From an uncultured Candidatus Competibacteraceae bacterium (GTDB lineage: Bacteria; Pseudomonadota; Gammaproteobacteria; Competibacterales; Competibacteraceae), in NCBI GenBank assembly GCA_937960715.1, contig CALGOO010000171.1, forward strand, positions 1 to 60,117: 60,117 nucleotides of DNA, written 5' to 3'. The stretch's first letter is position 1. Each line of letters begins with the position of its first letter. Of this stretch, positions 34,913-46,332 are shown piece by piece. The notes beneath the pieces are model-generated. The model had not been told where the DNA came from. It saw only the letters and a list, made by a program, of their open reading frames with translations, and ran no database searches. The position numbers and the translations under genes were made by a program.

Positions 34913-34947
34913 CTGGGCCGCGTCGGCGTTCGGTCGGCGCGGCCCAG
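34913..34947 (+). terminator. Long GC-rich hairpin after bamC (terminator or mRNA stabiliser)
   Basis: CTGGGCCGCGTCGGC-GTTCG-GTCGGCGCGGCCCAG; no clear U-tract. Confidence 0.4.
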
Positions 34948-34996
34948 TCGCGCGATCTTCCTTCCTCCCCTTTCGTCGCTGGATTTTCCTTTACTG

Positions 34997-36796
34997 GTGA
35001 GCGCGCGTATCCAGCGGTTGCCGCCGCAATTGGTCAGCCAAATCGCCGCCGGCGAGGTAGTCGAGCGCCCGGCCTCGGTGGTCAAGGAGTTGCTGGAAAA
35101 CAGCCTGGACGCCGACGCGACGCGAATCACGGTCGAAGTGGAACAAGGCGGCGTTCGGCTGATTCGGGTGCGCGACAACGGCATCGGCATTCATCCCGAC
35201 GACCTGGCCCTGGCGTTGAGCCGTCACGCCACCAGCAAGATCGCCAGTTTCGACGATCTCCAACAGGTCACCAGCCTCGGCTTTCGCGGCGAGGCCCTGC
35301 CCAGCATCGCCTCGGTGGCGCGGTTGACTCTGACCTCCCGGGTTTCCGGCCAAGAGACGGGTTGGCGCGTCACCGGCGACGGCGGCGACACGGTTGGCGA
35401 GCCGTTGCCGGCGCCGCATCCGGTCGGAACCACGGTGGAAGCCCGCGACCTGTTCTTCAACGTTCCGGCCCGCCGCAAGTTCCTGCGCGGCGAGCGGACC
35501 GAATTCGGCCATATCGAGGACAATCTCATCCGACTGGCGCTGAGTCGGTTCGAAGTCGGTTTCGGGCTGTGGCACAACCAGCGGGCGACGCTGGACCTGG
35601 AGCCCGCCACGAGCGACGCAGACCGAACCCGGCGGGTGGCGGAGTTGCTCGGCCGCGAGTTCGCCGCCGCCAGCGTGTTCCTGGACCGCGCCGACGCCGG
35701 ATTGCGGCTGTGGGGCTGGCTTGGGCTGCCGACGGTCGCCCGCGCCCAGCCGGACCAGCAGTATTTCTTCGTCAACGGCCGGCCGGTGCGGGACCGGACC
35801 CTCGCCCACGCCGTGCGGCTGGCCTTTCAAGACGTGCTCCCCCAGGGCCGCCATCCGATGCTCGCGCTGCATCTGGAGCTGGAGCCAACGGCGCTAGACA
35901 TCAACGTCCATCCCGCCAAGCAGGAAGTACGATTTCGAGAGTCGGCCCTGATCCACGCCTTCATCCGTCAAGGCGTACAGACGGCGCTGGCGGAAGCGCG
36001 ACCCGGCGTTGCCCCGGCCCCGACCATTCGGCCCGGCCAACGACCGTGGCCGGCGAGCGGATTCGGCGGTGGATCGGGCGGTGGGGTCGAGGTTCGGCAA
36101 CCCGGCTTGCCGCTGGCGGTGAACGAACGGCTGGCGGCGTATGGCCAGCTTCACGCCCCTCGGCTGGAGGTTGAGTCCACCCCCGTCGCCCCGCCGGACG
36201 AGGTCGCCGAACCGCCACCGCTCGGCTACGCGCTGGCGCAATTGCACGGTTGTTACGTGTTGGCCGAGAACCCCGCCGGGCTGGTGGTGGTGGACACGCA
36301 CGCCGCCCATGAACGCATCTTGTACGAGCGGCTAAAAGCGGCGCTGGCCCAAGGCGGCGTCAAAACCCAGGCTCTGCTGGTTCCGGTGGCGGTCGCGGTC
36401 GGGCCGCGCGAACGCCAGTGGATCGAGGAGCACGGCGCGCTGTTCGCCCAGGCCGGGCTGGACGTGGCGGCGCTGGGGCCGGAAACCGTGGCGGTGCGAC
36501 AGATCCCGGCGCTGCTGGCTGGACTGGACATTGCCGGGCTGGTGCGCGACCTGCTGGCCGATCTGGCGGCGCGCGAGAACAGCGACCGGGCGGAGCGGGC
36601 CGTGTTGGACGTGCTGGCCCGCCTGGCCTGTCACGGCGCGGTGCGCGCCAACCGGCCGCTCAATTTGCTGGAAATGAACGCCCTGCTGCGCGACATGGAG
36701 CGAACCGACCGGAGTGGCCAATGCAGTCACGGCCGACCCACCTGGACGCAACTGACATTGGCCGAGCTGGATCGGCTGTTTCGGCGCGGGCGCTGA
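34997..36796 (+). CDS. mutL: DNA mismatch repair protein
   Basis: IAAGEVVERPASVVKELLENSLDA, GFRGEAL, DTHAAHERILYE, CSHGRPT. Confidence 0.97.
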   Translation: MSARIQRLPPQLVSQIAAGEVVERPASVVKELLENSLDADATRITVEVEQGGVRLIRVRDNGIGIHPDDLALALSRHATSKIASFDDLQQVTSLGFRGEALPSIASVARLTLTSRVSGQETGWRVTGDGGDTVGEPLPAPHPVGTTVEARDLFFNVPARRKFLRGERTEFGHIEDNLIRLALSRFEVGFGLWHNQRATLDLEPATSDADRTRRVAELLGREFAAASVFLDRADAGLRLWGWLGLPTVARAQPDQQYFFVNGRPVRDRTLAHAVRLAFQDVLPQGRHPMLALHLELEPTALDINVHPAKQEVRFRESALIHAFIRQGVQTALAEARPGVAPAPTIRPGQRPWPASGFGGGSGGGVEVRQPGLPLAVNERLAAYGQLHAPRLEVESTPVAPPDEVAEPPPLGYALAQLHGCYVLAENPAGLVVVDTHAAHERILYERLKAALAQGGVKTQALLVPVAVAVGPRERQWIEEHGALFAQAGLDVAALGPETVAVRQIPALLAGLDIAGLVRDLLADLAARENSDRAERAVLDVLARLACHGAVRANRPLNLLEMNALLRDMERTDRSGQCSHGRPTWTQLTLAELDRLFRRGR

Positions 36797-36805
36797 CGGC
36801 GGACC

Positions 36806-37777
36806 ATGACCAAGGTTCCCGATTCGCGCCCACCCGTGCTGTGCCTGATGGGACCGACCGCGGCGGGCAAGACCGCGCTGGCGGTCGATCTGGTCCAGCG
36901 GTTGCCGTTCGCTATCGTCAGCGTGGACTCGGCGCTGGTCTACCGGGAAATGGACATCGGCACCGCCAAGCCCGACGCCGAGACCCGACGCCTTGCGCCC
37001 CATCGCCTGGTGGATATCCTCGACCCAGCGGAACCCTACTCCGCCGGCCGGTTTCGCGCCGACGCCCTGCGCGAGATCGCCGCCATTCAGGCGGCGGGCC
37101 AGGCGCCGTTGCTGGTGGGGGGGACCATGCTCTACTTCCGGGCGCTGGAACGCGGGCTGGCGAAATTGCCCTCCGCCGACCCTACCCTCCGCGCCCGGTT
37201 GGTGGCGGAGTTGACCGAGCAGGGCAGCGCGGCCCTGCACGCCCGGCTGGCGCAGATTGACCCAGCGGCGGCGGTCCGCATCCATCCCCATGATCCGCAA
37301 CGGATTCAGCGCGCGCTCGAAGTTTACGAACTCACCGGTCGGCCGCTGACGGAACTTTGCGCGCAATCGCGCAACGAATCCTTGCCGTTTCGCGCCATCA
37401 AGCTGATCGTGGCGCCGGCGGATCGGGGCGTGTTGCACGCGCGCATCGAGCGCCGATTCAAGATGATGTTGGAACAGGGATTCGTCGCCGAGGTCGAGCG
37501 TCTACGCGCCCGTGGCGATCTGGATCCAAACCTGCCCTCGATGCGAGCGGTGGGCTACCGGCAAGTCTGGGCCTATCTGGATGGCGCGCTGGACCACGCA
37601 GCCATGGTGGAGCGTGGCATCGTGGCTACCCGCCAGTTCGCCAAGCGGCAATTGACCTGGCTGCGCGCGGAATCCCAAGCCATCTGGTTGGATGGCGTCG
37701 AAAACCGCCTGCTGGATCGAGTCGTCGTCCACCTGCGCGAGCAGGGGGTTTTTCCGAACACGCCAAAATGCTTATGA
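36806..37777 (+). CDS. miaA: tRNA dimethylallyltransferase
   Basis: GPTAAGKT, SVDSALVY, DIGTAKP, VGGTMLY, KRQLTW. Confidence 0.97.
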   Translation: MTKVPDSRPPVLCLMGPTAAGKTALAVDLVQRLPFAIVSVDSALVYREMDIGTAKPDAETRRLAPHRLVDILDPAEPYSAGRFRADALREIAAIQAAGQAPLLVGGTMLYFRALERGLAKLPSADPTLRARLVAELTEQGSAALHARLAQIDPAAAVRIHPHDPQRIQRALEVYELTGRPLTELCAQSRNESLPFRAIKLIVAPADRGVLHARIERRFKMMLEQGFVAEVERLRARGDLDPNLPSMRAVGYRQVWAYLDGALDHAAMVERGIVATRQFAKRQLTWLRAESQAIWLDGVENRLLDRVVVHLREQGVFPNTPKCL

Positions 37778-38018
37778 TAAAATGTAACCGCTTTCGGTCG
37801 ACCGCCTCCACTCACGCGGTGGCGGTCCATCCCGCGATCTTCGATAATCCCACGGGCCACACATCATGGGAAGTGATGAGCCGGTCGTCCGGCGGAACGC
37901 CCTGGGAAGCAGGCGCGCGTTTTGTGGCGCGCCATTCGTTTCCTTGAATTTTTAGCGAGCATTCTCGCGTTCGTTAGTTGATGGTTTTTTCCAAGCCTCA
38001 TAAAAACAGGGGAGAATC

Positions 38019-38276
38019 ATGATGGCAAAAGGTCATTCCCTCCAGGAACCGTTCCTGAACGCCCTGCGCAAGGAGCGGATTCCGGTTTCGGTCTATCTGG
38101 TCAACGGCATCAAGTTGCAGGGTCAGATCGAATCCTTCGACCAGTTCGTCGTGCTGCTCAAGAACAGCGTCAGCCAGATGATCTACAAGCACGCCATTTC
38201 CACGGTGGTGCCAGTACGCAACGTGCGGCTGAATCTGGCGATGGACGACAGCGGCGCAGGCGGCGAGCAGTCCTGA
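38019..38276 (+). CDS. hfq: RNA chaperone Hfq
   Basis: [12 protein letters not shown]...NGIKLQG...[10 protein letters not shown]. Confidence 0.98.
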   Translation: MMAKGHSLQEPFLNALRKERIPVSVYLVNGIKLQGQIESFDQFVVLLKNSVSQMIYKHAISTVVPVRNVRLNLAMDDSGAGGEQS

Positions 38277-38293
38277 CGGGCGCAAGCGTAGGG

Positions 38294-39610
38294 GTGGGAG
38301 GCGGTTTGTTCGAACGTCCGCGCGGGGGCGAGCGCGCCGTTCTGGTGCGTTTGCTGCTGAATGGGGCCGAGGAATCCCAGGACACCGCCGAATTTCAAGA
38401 GCTGGCCGCATCGGCGGGCGTGGCCCTGATCACTGGCCGCCGACAGACTCCCGATCCACGCCTGTTCGTCGGCGGCGGCAAGGCCGAGGAAATCCGCGCG
38501 GCGGTCGAGGCGCACGGGGCGGAACTGGCTCTGTTCGATCATGCCCTGTCGCCCAGCCAGGAGCGCAATCTGGAAGCCCTGCTGAAATGCCGCGTGGTGG
38601 ACCGCACGGGTCTGATCCTGGATATCTTCGCCCAGCGGGCGCGCAGCTTCGAAGGCAAGCTTCAGGTGGAGCTGGCGCAATTGCGTCATCTGTCCAGCCG
38701 GCTGGTGCGCGGCTGGACTCACCTGGAACGGCAGCGCGGCGGCATCGGCCTGCGCGGTCCCGGCGAAACCCAGTTGGAAACCGACCGGCGGCTGCTGAGC
38801 GACCGCATCCGACAGATTCGCCTGCGGCTGGAGCGGGTCGAGCGCCAGCGCGAGCAGGGGCGGCGGGCGCGCCGCAAGGCCGACTTGCCGACCGTTTCGC
38901 TGGTGGGCTATACCAACGCCGGGAAATCCACCCTGTTCAACGCCTTGACCCAGGCGAACGTGTACGCGGCCGACCAGTTGTTCGCCACCCTGGACCCGAC
39001 CTTGCGCCGACTGGAGTTACCGGGCGCGGAGCCGGTGGTGCTGGCCGATACGGTGGGCTTCATCAATCGCCTGCCCCACGAACTGGTGGCGGCGTTTCGC
39101 GCCACCCTGCGAGAAACCCGCGAGGCCAGTTTGCTGTTGCAGGTGATCGACGCCAGCCACCCCGACCGGGACGCGGTGATCGCGCGGGTCGAGACGGTCC
39201 TGGCGGAAATCGGCGCGGACGAAGCGCCACAACTGCGGGTGTTCAACAAGATCGATCTCAGCGGCGAACCGCCCCGGCTGGAACGCGACGCCGAGGGCCA
39301 GGCGCGCGCCGTGTGGCTGTCGGCGACAACCGGCGCGGGTCTCGACCTGTTGCTGGCGGCGCTGACCGAACGTCTGCGTGGCGACGCCGTGCATGGCTGG
39401 TTGAGCTTGCCGCCGAGGGCGGCCCGACTACGGGCCAAGCTGTTCAGTCTGGGCGCGGTGGTGGCCGAACGCGCCGGCCCGGAGGGCGAATGGCTGGTCG
39501 AGGTGCGCACGTCACGTGGTAATCTGGAGTGGCTGCGCCGCCGGGAAGGGTTGCGGATGGAGTGGGTGCGTTCGGGTTTTGAAATCCCGGTGGTATCAAC
39601 GGTGATCTGA
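38294..39610 (+). CDS. hflX: Ribosome-splitting GTPase
   Basis: GPGETQLE, GYTNAGKS, FATLDPT, DTVGFI, NKID. Start may be the TTG at 38306. Confidence 0.96.
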   Translation: MGGGLFERPRGGERAVLVRLLLNGAEESQDTAEFQELAASAGVALITGRRQTPDPRLFVGGGKAEEIRAAVEAHGAELALFDHALSPSQERNLEALLKCRVVDRTGLILDIFAQRARSFEGKLQVELAQLRHLSSRLVRGWTHLERQRGGIGLRGPGETQLETDRRLLSDRIRQIRLRLERVERQREQGRRARRKADLPTVSLVGYTNAGKSTLFNALTQANVYAADQLFATLDPTLRRLELPGAEPVVLADTVGFINRLPHELVAAFRATLRETREASLLLQVIDASHPDRDAVIARVETVLAEIGADEAPQLRVFNKIDLSGEPPRLERDAEGQARAVWLSATTGAGLDLLLAALTERLRGDAVHGWLSLPPRAARLRAKLFSLGAVVAERAGPEGEWLVEVRTSRGNLEWLRRREGLRMEWVRSGFEIPVVSTVI

Positions 39611-39628
39611 CGAGGTTGGGGTACCGAC

Positions 39629-40930
39629 ATGGCTTGGAATGAACCCGGTGGCGGCAATCGCGATCCCTGGAGTGGCGGGGGGCGCGAGCAGGGGCCGCCC
39701 GATCTGGATGAAGTCGTCCGCAAGCTGTCGGACAAGTTCGGCGCCCTGCTGGGGGGGCGGCGCGGTGGCAACGGCGGCGGCTCGGGCGGTTCAGGCTCTG
39801 GCTTCGCCGGCATCGGCTTGATCGTCGGCGTCATCGCCGTGATCGGCTGGCTGATCGCCAGTATCTATATCGTGAACGAAGGCGAACGCGGCGTGGTGCT
39901 GCGGTTTGGCCAATATCTGAAAACCACCCTGCCTGGCCCGCACCTGCGGCTGTTCCCCATCGACCGGGTGGAAATCGTGAATCTTGAACAGCGCCGATTC
40001 CGGGAGATTGGCTATCGCTCCGGCGCGGGTGGCGCACGCCAGCCCGCGGTGCGCACGGTGCCCAAGGAAGCGCTGATGCTGACCCAGGACGAGAACATCG
40101 TCGATGTGCGGCTGGCGGTGCAGTATCAAATCAGCGATCCCTACGCCTATCTGTTCAACGTGCTCGATCCGGAGAACGTGCTGGTGCATGTGGTCGAAAG
40201 CGCCGCCCGTGAAACCATCGGCAAGAGCACCATGGACTTCGTGTTGACCGAGGGTCGCAGCAGTATCGTGGCCGACATCAAGACCCTGGCGCAGCGCATT
40301 CTGGACAGCTACGGCCCCGATCCAAAACGGCCGGCCGGGGCCGCGACGCCCGGAAAGAAGGAGGAATCGCCGCTTCCGGGCAGGGGCGCCGGTCTGCAAA
40401 TCGTGACCGTCGTGCTTCAGGACGCCCAGCCGCCCGAGGAGGTGCAGGACGCCTTCGCCGACGCCATCAAGGCGCGCGAGGACGAGCAGCGGTTGAAGAA
40501 CGAGGCCGAGGCTTATGCCAACGAAGTGATTCCCCGCGCCCGCGGTCAAGCGGCGCGACGGTTGCAGGAAGCGTCGGCCTACAAGGAACAGGCCATCGCC
40601 GAGGCCCAGGGCGAGGCCAGCCGATTCGAGCAATTGCTGGCGGCCTATGAGAAGGCGCCGGAGGTGACCCGCGAACGGCTGTATCTGGAAACCCTGGAAA
40701 CGGTGCTGGCGCGATCCAGCAAGGTGCTGGTGGACGTGAAGGGAACCAACAATCTGTTGTACCTGCCGCTGGATCGTCTGTTCAAGCCCAGAGAAGGGGC
40801 AGAGACGCGCGCCGCGCGGATAGACGGCGTCTCGCCGGTCGAACCGTTGCCGGCCACTTCGACCACGGCCGACGATAATGCGGCGGCCAGCCGCTTGCGT
40901 GACATGAACCGTAATCGGGAGGTGCGCTGA
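39629..40930 (+). CDS. hflK: FtsH protease modulator HflK
   Basis: MAWNEPG...GPPDLDE, MLTQDENIV, APEVTRERLYLE. Confidence 0.96.
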   Translation: MAWNEPGGGNRDPWSGGGREQGPPDLDEVVRKLSDKFGALLGGRRGGNGGGSGGSGSGFAGIGLIVGVIAVIGWLIASIYIVNEGERGVVLRFGQYLKTTLPGPHLRLFPIDRVEIVNLEQRRFREIGYRSGAGGARQPAVRTVPKEALMLTQDENIVDVRLAVQYQISDPYAYLFNVLDPENVLVHVVESAARETIGKSTMDFVLTEGRSSIVADIKTLAQRILDSYGPDPKRPAGAATPGKKEESPLPGRGAGLQIVTVVLQDAQPPEEVQDAFADAIKAREDEQRLKNEAEAYANEVIPRARGQAARRLQEASAYKEQAIAEAQGEASRFEQLLAAYEKAPEVTRERLYLETLETVLARSSKVLVDVKGTNNLLYLPLDRLFKPREGAETRAARIDGVSPVEPLPATSTTADDNAAASRLRDMNRNREVR

Positions 40931-41811
40931 TGGCCCTGTCGCGATGGCCGATGTCTCGTAACGTATCGTTGGGCGCGCTGGGCGCCGTGGTGGCGTTGCT
41001 GGCCATGTCCGTGTTCACGGTGGACGAAACCCAAACCGCCATCCGTTTTCAGTTGGGCGAGATCGTCCAGGCCAACCATGAACCGGGCCTGCACTGGAAA
41101 TGGCCGCTGATCAACAACATCCGCAAGTTCGACCGGCGGTTGCAAACCCTGGACACCGAGCCGGAACGATTCCTGACCGCCGAGAAGAAGAACGTAATCG
41201 TGGATTCCTTCGCCATGTGGCGGATCGAGGATGTGCGCCAGTTCTACACCCGAGTTGGCGGCGACCCGGCCCAGGCCAATGTGCGGCTTGACCAAATCGT
41301 CAAGGACGGCCTGCGCAGCGAGTTCAGCAAGCGCACGATTCAGGAGGTGGTGTCGGGCGACCGTGACCAGATCATGGAAACCCTGAGTCGCCTGCTTCGC
41401 GAGCAGGCCACGCAATTGGGCATCGCCGCGGTGGATGTGCGCATCAAGCGTATCGACCTGCCGCCGGACGTGAGCAACTCGGTGTTCAGCCGGATGAAGG
41501 CCGAGCGATTGCGGGTCGCCAAGGATTTCCGCTCGCGCGGCGGCGAAGCGGCCGAGCGCATCCGCGCCGACGCCGACCGGCAAAGCACGGTCCTGCTGGC
41601 CGAAGCCTATCGCGACGCCGAGCGCCAGCGCGGCGAGGGCGACGCCCAAGCCACCGACATCTACGCCCAGGCCTACGGCAAGAATCGGGATTTCTACAGC
41701 TTCCACCGCAGCCTGGCGGCCTATCGGCAGAGCTTCAGTTCCAGGGACGACGTGCTGGTCATGCAGCCGGAAGGCTCCCAGTTCTTCCGTTTCTTCAATC
41801 AGTCGCAATGA
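40930..41811 (+). CDS. hflC: FtsH protease modulator HflC
   Basis: SPFH domain, FLTAEKK, DVRIKRIDLP, RMKAER. Start may be 40951. Confidence 0.96.
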   Translation: MALSRWPMSRNVSLGALGAVVALLAMSVFTVDETQTAIRFQLGEIVQANHEPGLHWKWPLINNIRKFDRRLQTLDTEPERFLTAEKKNVIVDSFAMWRIEDVRQFYTRVGGDPAQANVRLDQIVKDGLRSEFSKRTIQEVVSGDRDQIMETLSRLLREQATQLGIAAVDVRIKRIDLPPDVSNSVFSRMKAERLRVAKDFRSRGGEAAERIRADADRQSTVLLAEAYRDAERQRGEGDAQATDIYAQAYGKNRDFYSFHRSLAAYRQSFSSRDDVLVMQPEGSQFFRFFNQSQ

Positions 41812-41865
41812 CCCGGACAGCTTGTCAGACAGACGATGGCGCCGCGCCGCCGACCGAACATCGCC

Positions 41866-42051
41866 ATGTGGGATGAACTGCTGGCGGCGTTCGGGTTGAT
41901 GCTGGTGCTGGAAGGTATCCTGCCGTTTCTCAACCCCGGCGCCCTGCGTCAGACGTTGCTGCGTCTGGCTCAACTGGAGGATCGGACGTTGCGGTTCGCC
42001 GGTCTGGCCAGCATGGCGTTGGGATTGCTGGTGCTGTATTTTTTCCGCTGA
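41866..42051 (+). CDS. DUF2065 (YjeT) small membrane protein
   Basis: GLMLVLEGILPFLNP...LRFAGL; conserved position after hflC. Confidence 0.88.
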   Translation: MWDELLAAFGLMLVLEGILPFLNPGALRQTLLRLAQLEDRTLRFAGLASMALGLLVLYFFR

Positions 42052-42106
42052 AGCTTTTCGTGAATTCGCTCGTCGCCCGCCTTTGCCGATTTACCCACCG
42101 CCCGCC

Positions 42107-43300
42107 ATGACCGCCGAAGACCGCTGGCTGTTGCCCGAAGGCATCGAGGAAATCCTGCCCCCCGCCGCCGGTCGGCTGGAGCAGTTGCGCCGTGGCCTGC
42201 TCGACCTTTACGCCAGATGGGGTTACGAGCTGGTGATTCCACCATTGATCGAATTTCTGGAATCGCTGCTGACCGGCACGGGTAACGATCTCGAACTGCA
42301 GACCTTCAAGCTGACCGACCAGATCAGCGGCCGGATGATGGGGGTGCGCGCCGACATGACTCCACAGGTGGCGCGGATCGATGCCCATCTGCTGAAACGC
42401 GACGGACCCGTCCGGCTGTGCTACATGGGCACGGTGTTGCGCACCCGCGCCGACGGCTTCGGCGGTTCCCGCAGCCCCTATCAGGCCGGGGTGGAGCTGT
42501 ACGGCCACCGCGGCCATGAAAGCGACCTGGAAGTGCTGACGCTGATGCTGGAAACCCTGGCGGCGGCGGGCATCGATGGCGCGCATCTCGATTTGGCGCA
42601 TGTGACGATCTTTCGCGAACTGGCGCGACGGGCAGGTCTGGACCGGGAGCGCGAAGCGCTGCTGTTCGAAGCCCTGCAACGCAAGGCGCTGCCGGAGATT
42701 CGTCAGCAACTGGCCGCCTGGGCGCCGCCAGCGCCGCACGGTGAACTGCTGTTGGCGCTGGCCGAGCTGAACGGCGGGCCGGAGGTGCTGGATGAGGCCG
42801 AATTCCGCCTGGCGGCGGCAGGCGAAGGCATCCGCGCGGCGCTGGCCACCCTGCGGCGGTTGATCGCTGCCTTGCGGCGACAGTGGCCAGCATTGCCGAT
42901 TCATGTGGATCTGGCGGAGCTGCGGGGCTACCACTACCACACAGGCGTGGTGTTCGCCGCTTACGTGCCGGGGCAGGGGCAGGCGGTGGCGCAGGGCGGG
43001 CGTTACGACGAGATCGGTCAAGTGTTCGGCCGCGCCCGGCCAGCGACCGGTTTCAGCACCGATCTGGCGACCCTGCTGCTCCTGGGTTCGACGCCGGGTG
43101 CGGTGAGTGGGGGTATCCATGCGCCAGCGGTCCCTGACATCGACCTGGATCGGCGCGTGGCCGAGTTGCGCGGCCGGGGCGAACGAGTGGTTCGGGAACT
43201 GCCGGGCGCGACGGCGGCGCCAGAAGATTTGGGCTGTGATCGCCGACTGGCTTGGCGGGAGGGAGAATGGCGCGTGATCCCGCTGGCGGTGGTCGCCTGA
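42107..43300 (+). CDS. hisZ: ATP phosphoribosyltransferase regulatory subunit
   Basis: WLLPEG, RADMTPQVARIDAH, YHYHTGVVF, GGRYD; precedes purA. Confidence 0.95.
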   Translation: MTAEDRWLLPEGIEEILPPAAGRLEQLRRGLLDLYARWGYELVIPPLIEFLESLLTGTGNDLELQTFKLTDQISGRMMGVRADMTPQVARIDAHLLKRDGPVRLCYMGTVLRTRADGFGGSRSPYQAGVELYGHRGHESDLEVLTLMLETLAAAGIDGAHLDLAHVTIFRELARRAGLDREREALLFEALQRKALPEIRQQLAAWAPPAPHGELLLALAELNGGPEVLDEAEFRLAAAGEGIRAALATLRRLIAALRRQWPALPIHVDLAELRGYHYHTGVVFAAYVPGQGQAVAQGGRYDEIGQVFGRARPATGFSTDLATLLLLGSTPGAVSGGIHAPAVPDIDLDRRVAELRGRGERVVRELPGATAAPEDLGCDRRLAWREGEWRVIPLAVVA

Positions 43301-43317
43301 GTTGGAACATCGACTAA

Positions 43318-44631
<1,314 letters not shown>

Positions 44632-44689
44632 GCAACGTTCGGTGACCCTGTCGGGGAGACCAAAATCAACCTACGAAACCTAAAAACTG

Positions 44690-45235
44690 TCAGGCTGGAT
44701 CGGCATTGCCGGTTTTCTTGCGGCCACTTGCCTTGGGCTTCGTTGCCGGAATATCTGGCTCCGCTACCTCAGTCCTTTGTTTCAAATCATGAAAATTCAT
44801 GGTCGGCAACGTGACGGGGCCAGCCAACATGCGCGAAGTAACGGTCAGCACCTGTTCGCGCACCGCGGCCCACAGTAACGAAGCCCCATTCACCGCCGCC
44901 AGATCCTCTGGCGGTGCCAGTTTTTCGGCACCTTTGGGTACCACCACCACACCACGCACGTCGACCTCGATGAGGTAGGGGCAAAACTTGCGTTCAGGGG
45001 CCTGATCCGACGGCTGGTTGTTCACCATGACTTTCAGTGTTACGAGAAACAGTCGCCCTCGCTCGTGATCGGGGTCGATCTCGCCGATGCCAAACTCAGT
45101 GTTGATCTCGACCCCATCGAAAATAAAGATTGTCGTGAAGGGATTGAGGGGTTCCCTAGGAGCGTGCCTCTCATCGATTTGAACCGATACCTTCTTGAAA
45201 AACAACTGCAATAACTGGATCGGAGCAAGCTTCAC
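44690..45235 (-). CDS. SecB-like chaperone of a TAC module
   Basis: SecB-like strand pattern (IQLLQLFFKKVSV; YLIEVDVRGVV) and helix VNGASLLWAAVREQVLTVTSRM...GPVTLPTMNF; GTGA overlap with the antitoxin stop. Confidence 0.8.
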   Translation of the reverse strand: MKLAPIQLLQLFFKKVSVQIDERHAPREPLNPFTTIFIFDGVEINTEFGIGEIDPDHERGRLFLVTLKVMVNNQPSDQAPERKFCPYLIEVDVRGVVVVPKGAEKLAPPEDLAAVNGASLLWAAVREQVLTVTSRMLAGPVTLPTMNFHDLKQRTEVAEPDIPATKPKASGRKKTGNADPA

Positions 45236-45891
45236 GATGCAACTACCTCAAGCAATTCATCCGAATCATTGCAAGCCACAGTTGCTTCAAGCCTGCTTGT
45301 GTATTTGATTACCCCCTCTAGTTGCTGCGTAATGCCTACGCGCTGTTCAATCGACAGCTCCGGCCGCATGGTTTGCTTTCGCGTCACAGAATGATGCGGC
45401 ATCTGGATCGGTCGCAACTTCACGCGCTGCTCATCTTCGCAGCGTTCGGTCCACAGCGGCAAATCCACCCCTGCCTTGTCAGCCAGCCATTTCATGGCAT
45501 CGGCTTTCTCAATTGCCAAGGTCATCAGTAGAGTCGTGCTTTCATCCGGGTAACTGGTTTCGGACTCGTAGCGGGAAAATGCGATCTTACCCTTGCCAAA
45601 GATGCGGGAAGCCTGCTGTTGCGTCAGGCCATAGCGCTTGCGTAGCGCGAGGATTTCCTCGCCCATGAGCAGCTTGCCGTAGTGCGCCTTGCGGGCGGCC
45701 AACGCACGCAGGTTTTCCTTGTGCTGTGACGCCTTGGTGGTCGCCTCTTCGCAAACGTCACAAACCGAGGTTTGCAACGGCACCTCGACACGCTTGCCAT
45801 TGGGTTCAAAAACGCGGATGCGCTGCGCGGCCACAAGGTGGCCCTTGCGGCACACCGGGCACAGCCCAAAATCTTCCGTCGCTTTCATCAT
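45232..45891 (-). CDS. MqsA-family antitoxin (Zn ribbon plus XRE HTH) with C-terminal extension
   Basis: CPVC...CDVC; ILALRKRYGLTQQQASRIFGKGKIAFSRYE; tail of about 65 aa beyond the HTH. Confidence 0.88.
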   Translation of the reverse strand: MMKATEDFGLCPVCRKGHLVAAQRIRVFEPNGKRVEVPLQTSVCDVCEEATTKASQHKENLRALAARKAHYGKLLMGEEILALRKRYGLTQQQASRIFGKGKIAFSRYESETSYPDESTTLLMTLAIEKADAMKWLADKAGVDLPLWTERCEDEQRVKLRPIQMPHHSVTRKQTMRPELSIEQRVGITQQLEGVIKYTSRLEATVACNDSDELLEVVAS

Positions 45892-45904
45892 GATCTCTTT
45901 CCCC

Positions 45905-46327
45905 TCAGCGAGAGCTGTGGCACGAAACCAACACCAGACTGAGTTGGCCATCCTCTGTCACGGAAAACTTCATGTACACCTCAAGACCACGCGGATTTCG
46001 CTCGCACCGTTCGCAGTCGTAGGGCAAGCGGTAAACATCGCAGGGGTACATCGCCCCGCCTTTGGTCTGACACCACTCCGCTTTCTTAAAATCCCTTGAT
46101 TTCAGACAGATCAGCATGCGCAGGACATCAGCAAAGCTCCACTGCCAGTTTTGCAGATCCTGCTCGCAGCGATCCTTGGCCACCCAAACCTCATCCTCTC
46201 CCAAGGTGCCATCCGACACCAACGCTTGCAGGACAACCAAATCAAGCAACGGTTTGTGACCGATTAACCGCTGCTTGTTGGTCGGTGGAATGAGCAAACT
46301 GCGGTCTCGTTTCCATAGACCAGACAT
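45905..46327 (-). CDS. MqsR-like RNase toxin
   Basis: KPLLDL...L-x-x-x-DFKK...DVY...VYMKF...LVSCH pattern; upstream of the mqsA-like gene. Confidence 0.7.
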   Translation of the reverse strand: MSGLWKRDRSLLIPPTNKQRLIGHKPLLDLVVLQALVSDGTLGEDEVWVAKDRCEQDLQNWQWSFADVLRMLICLKSRDFKKAEWCQTKGGAMYPCDVYRLPYDCERCERNPRGLEVYMKFSVTEDGQLSLVLVSCHSSR

Positions 46328-46332
46328 TCAGT

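Noticed and set aside
38400-38445. HflX appears about 3 aa shorter near SAGVALITG
   Set aside because: In frame with all GTPase motifs intact; cannot be distinguished from ordinary variation.
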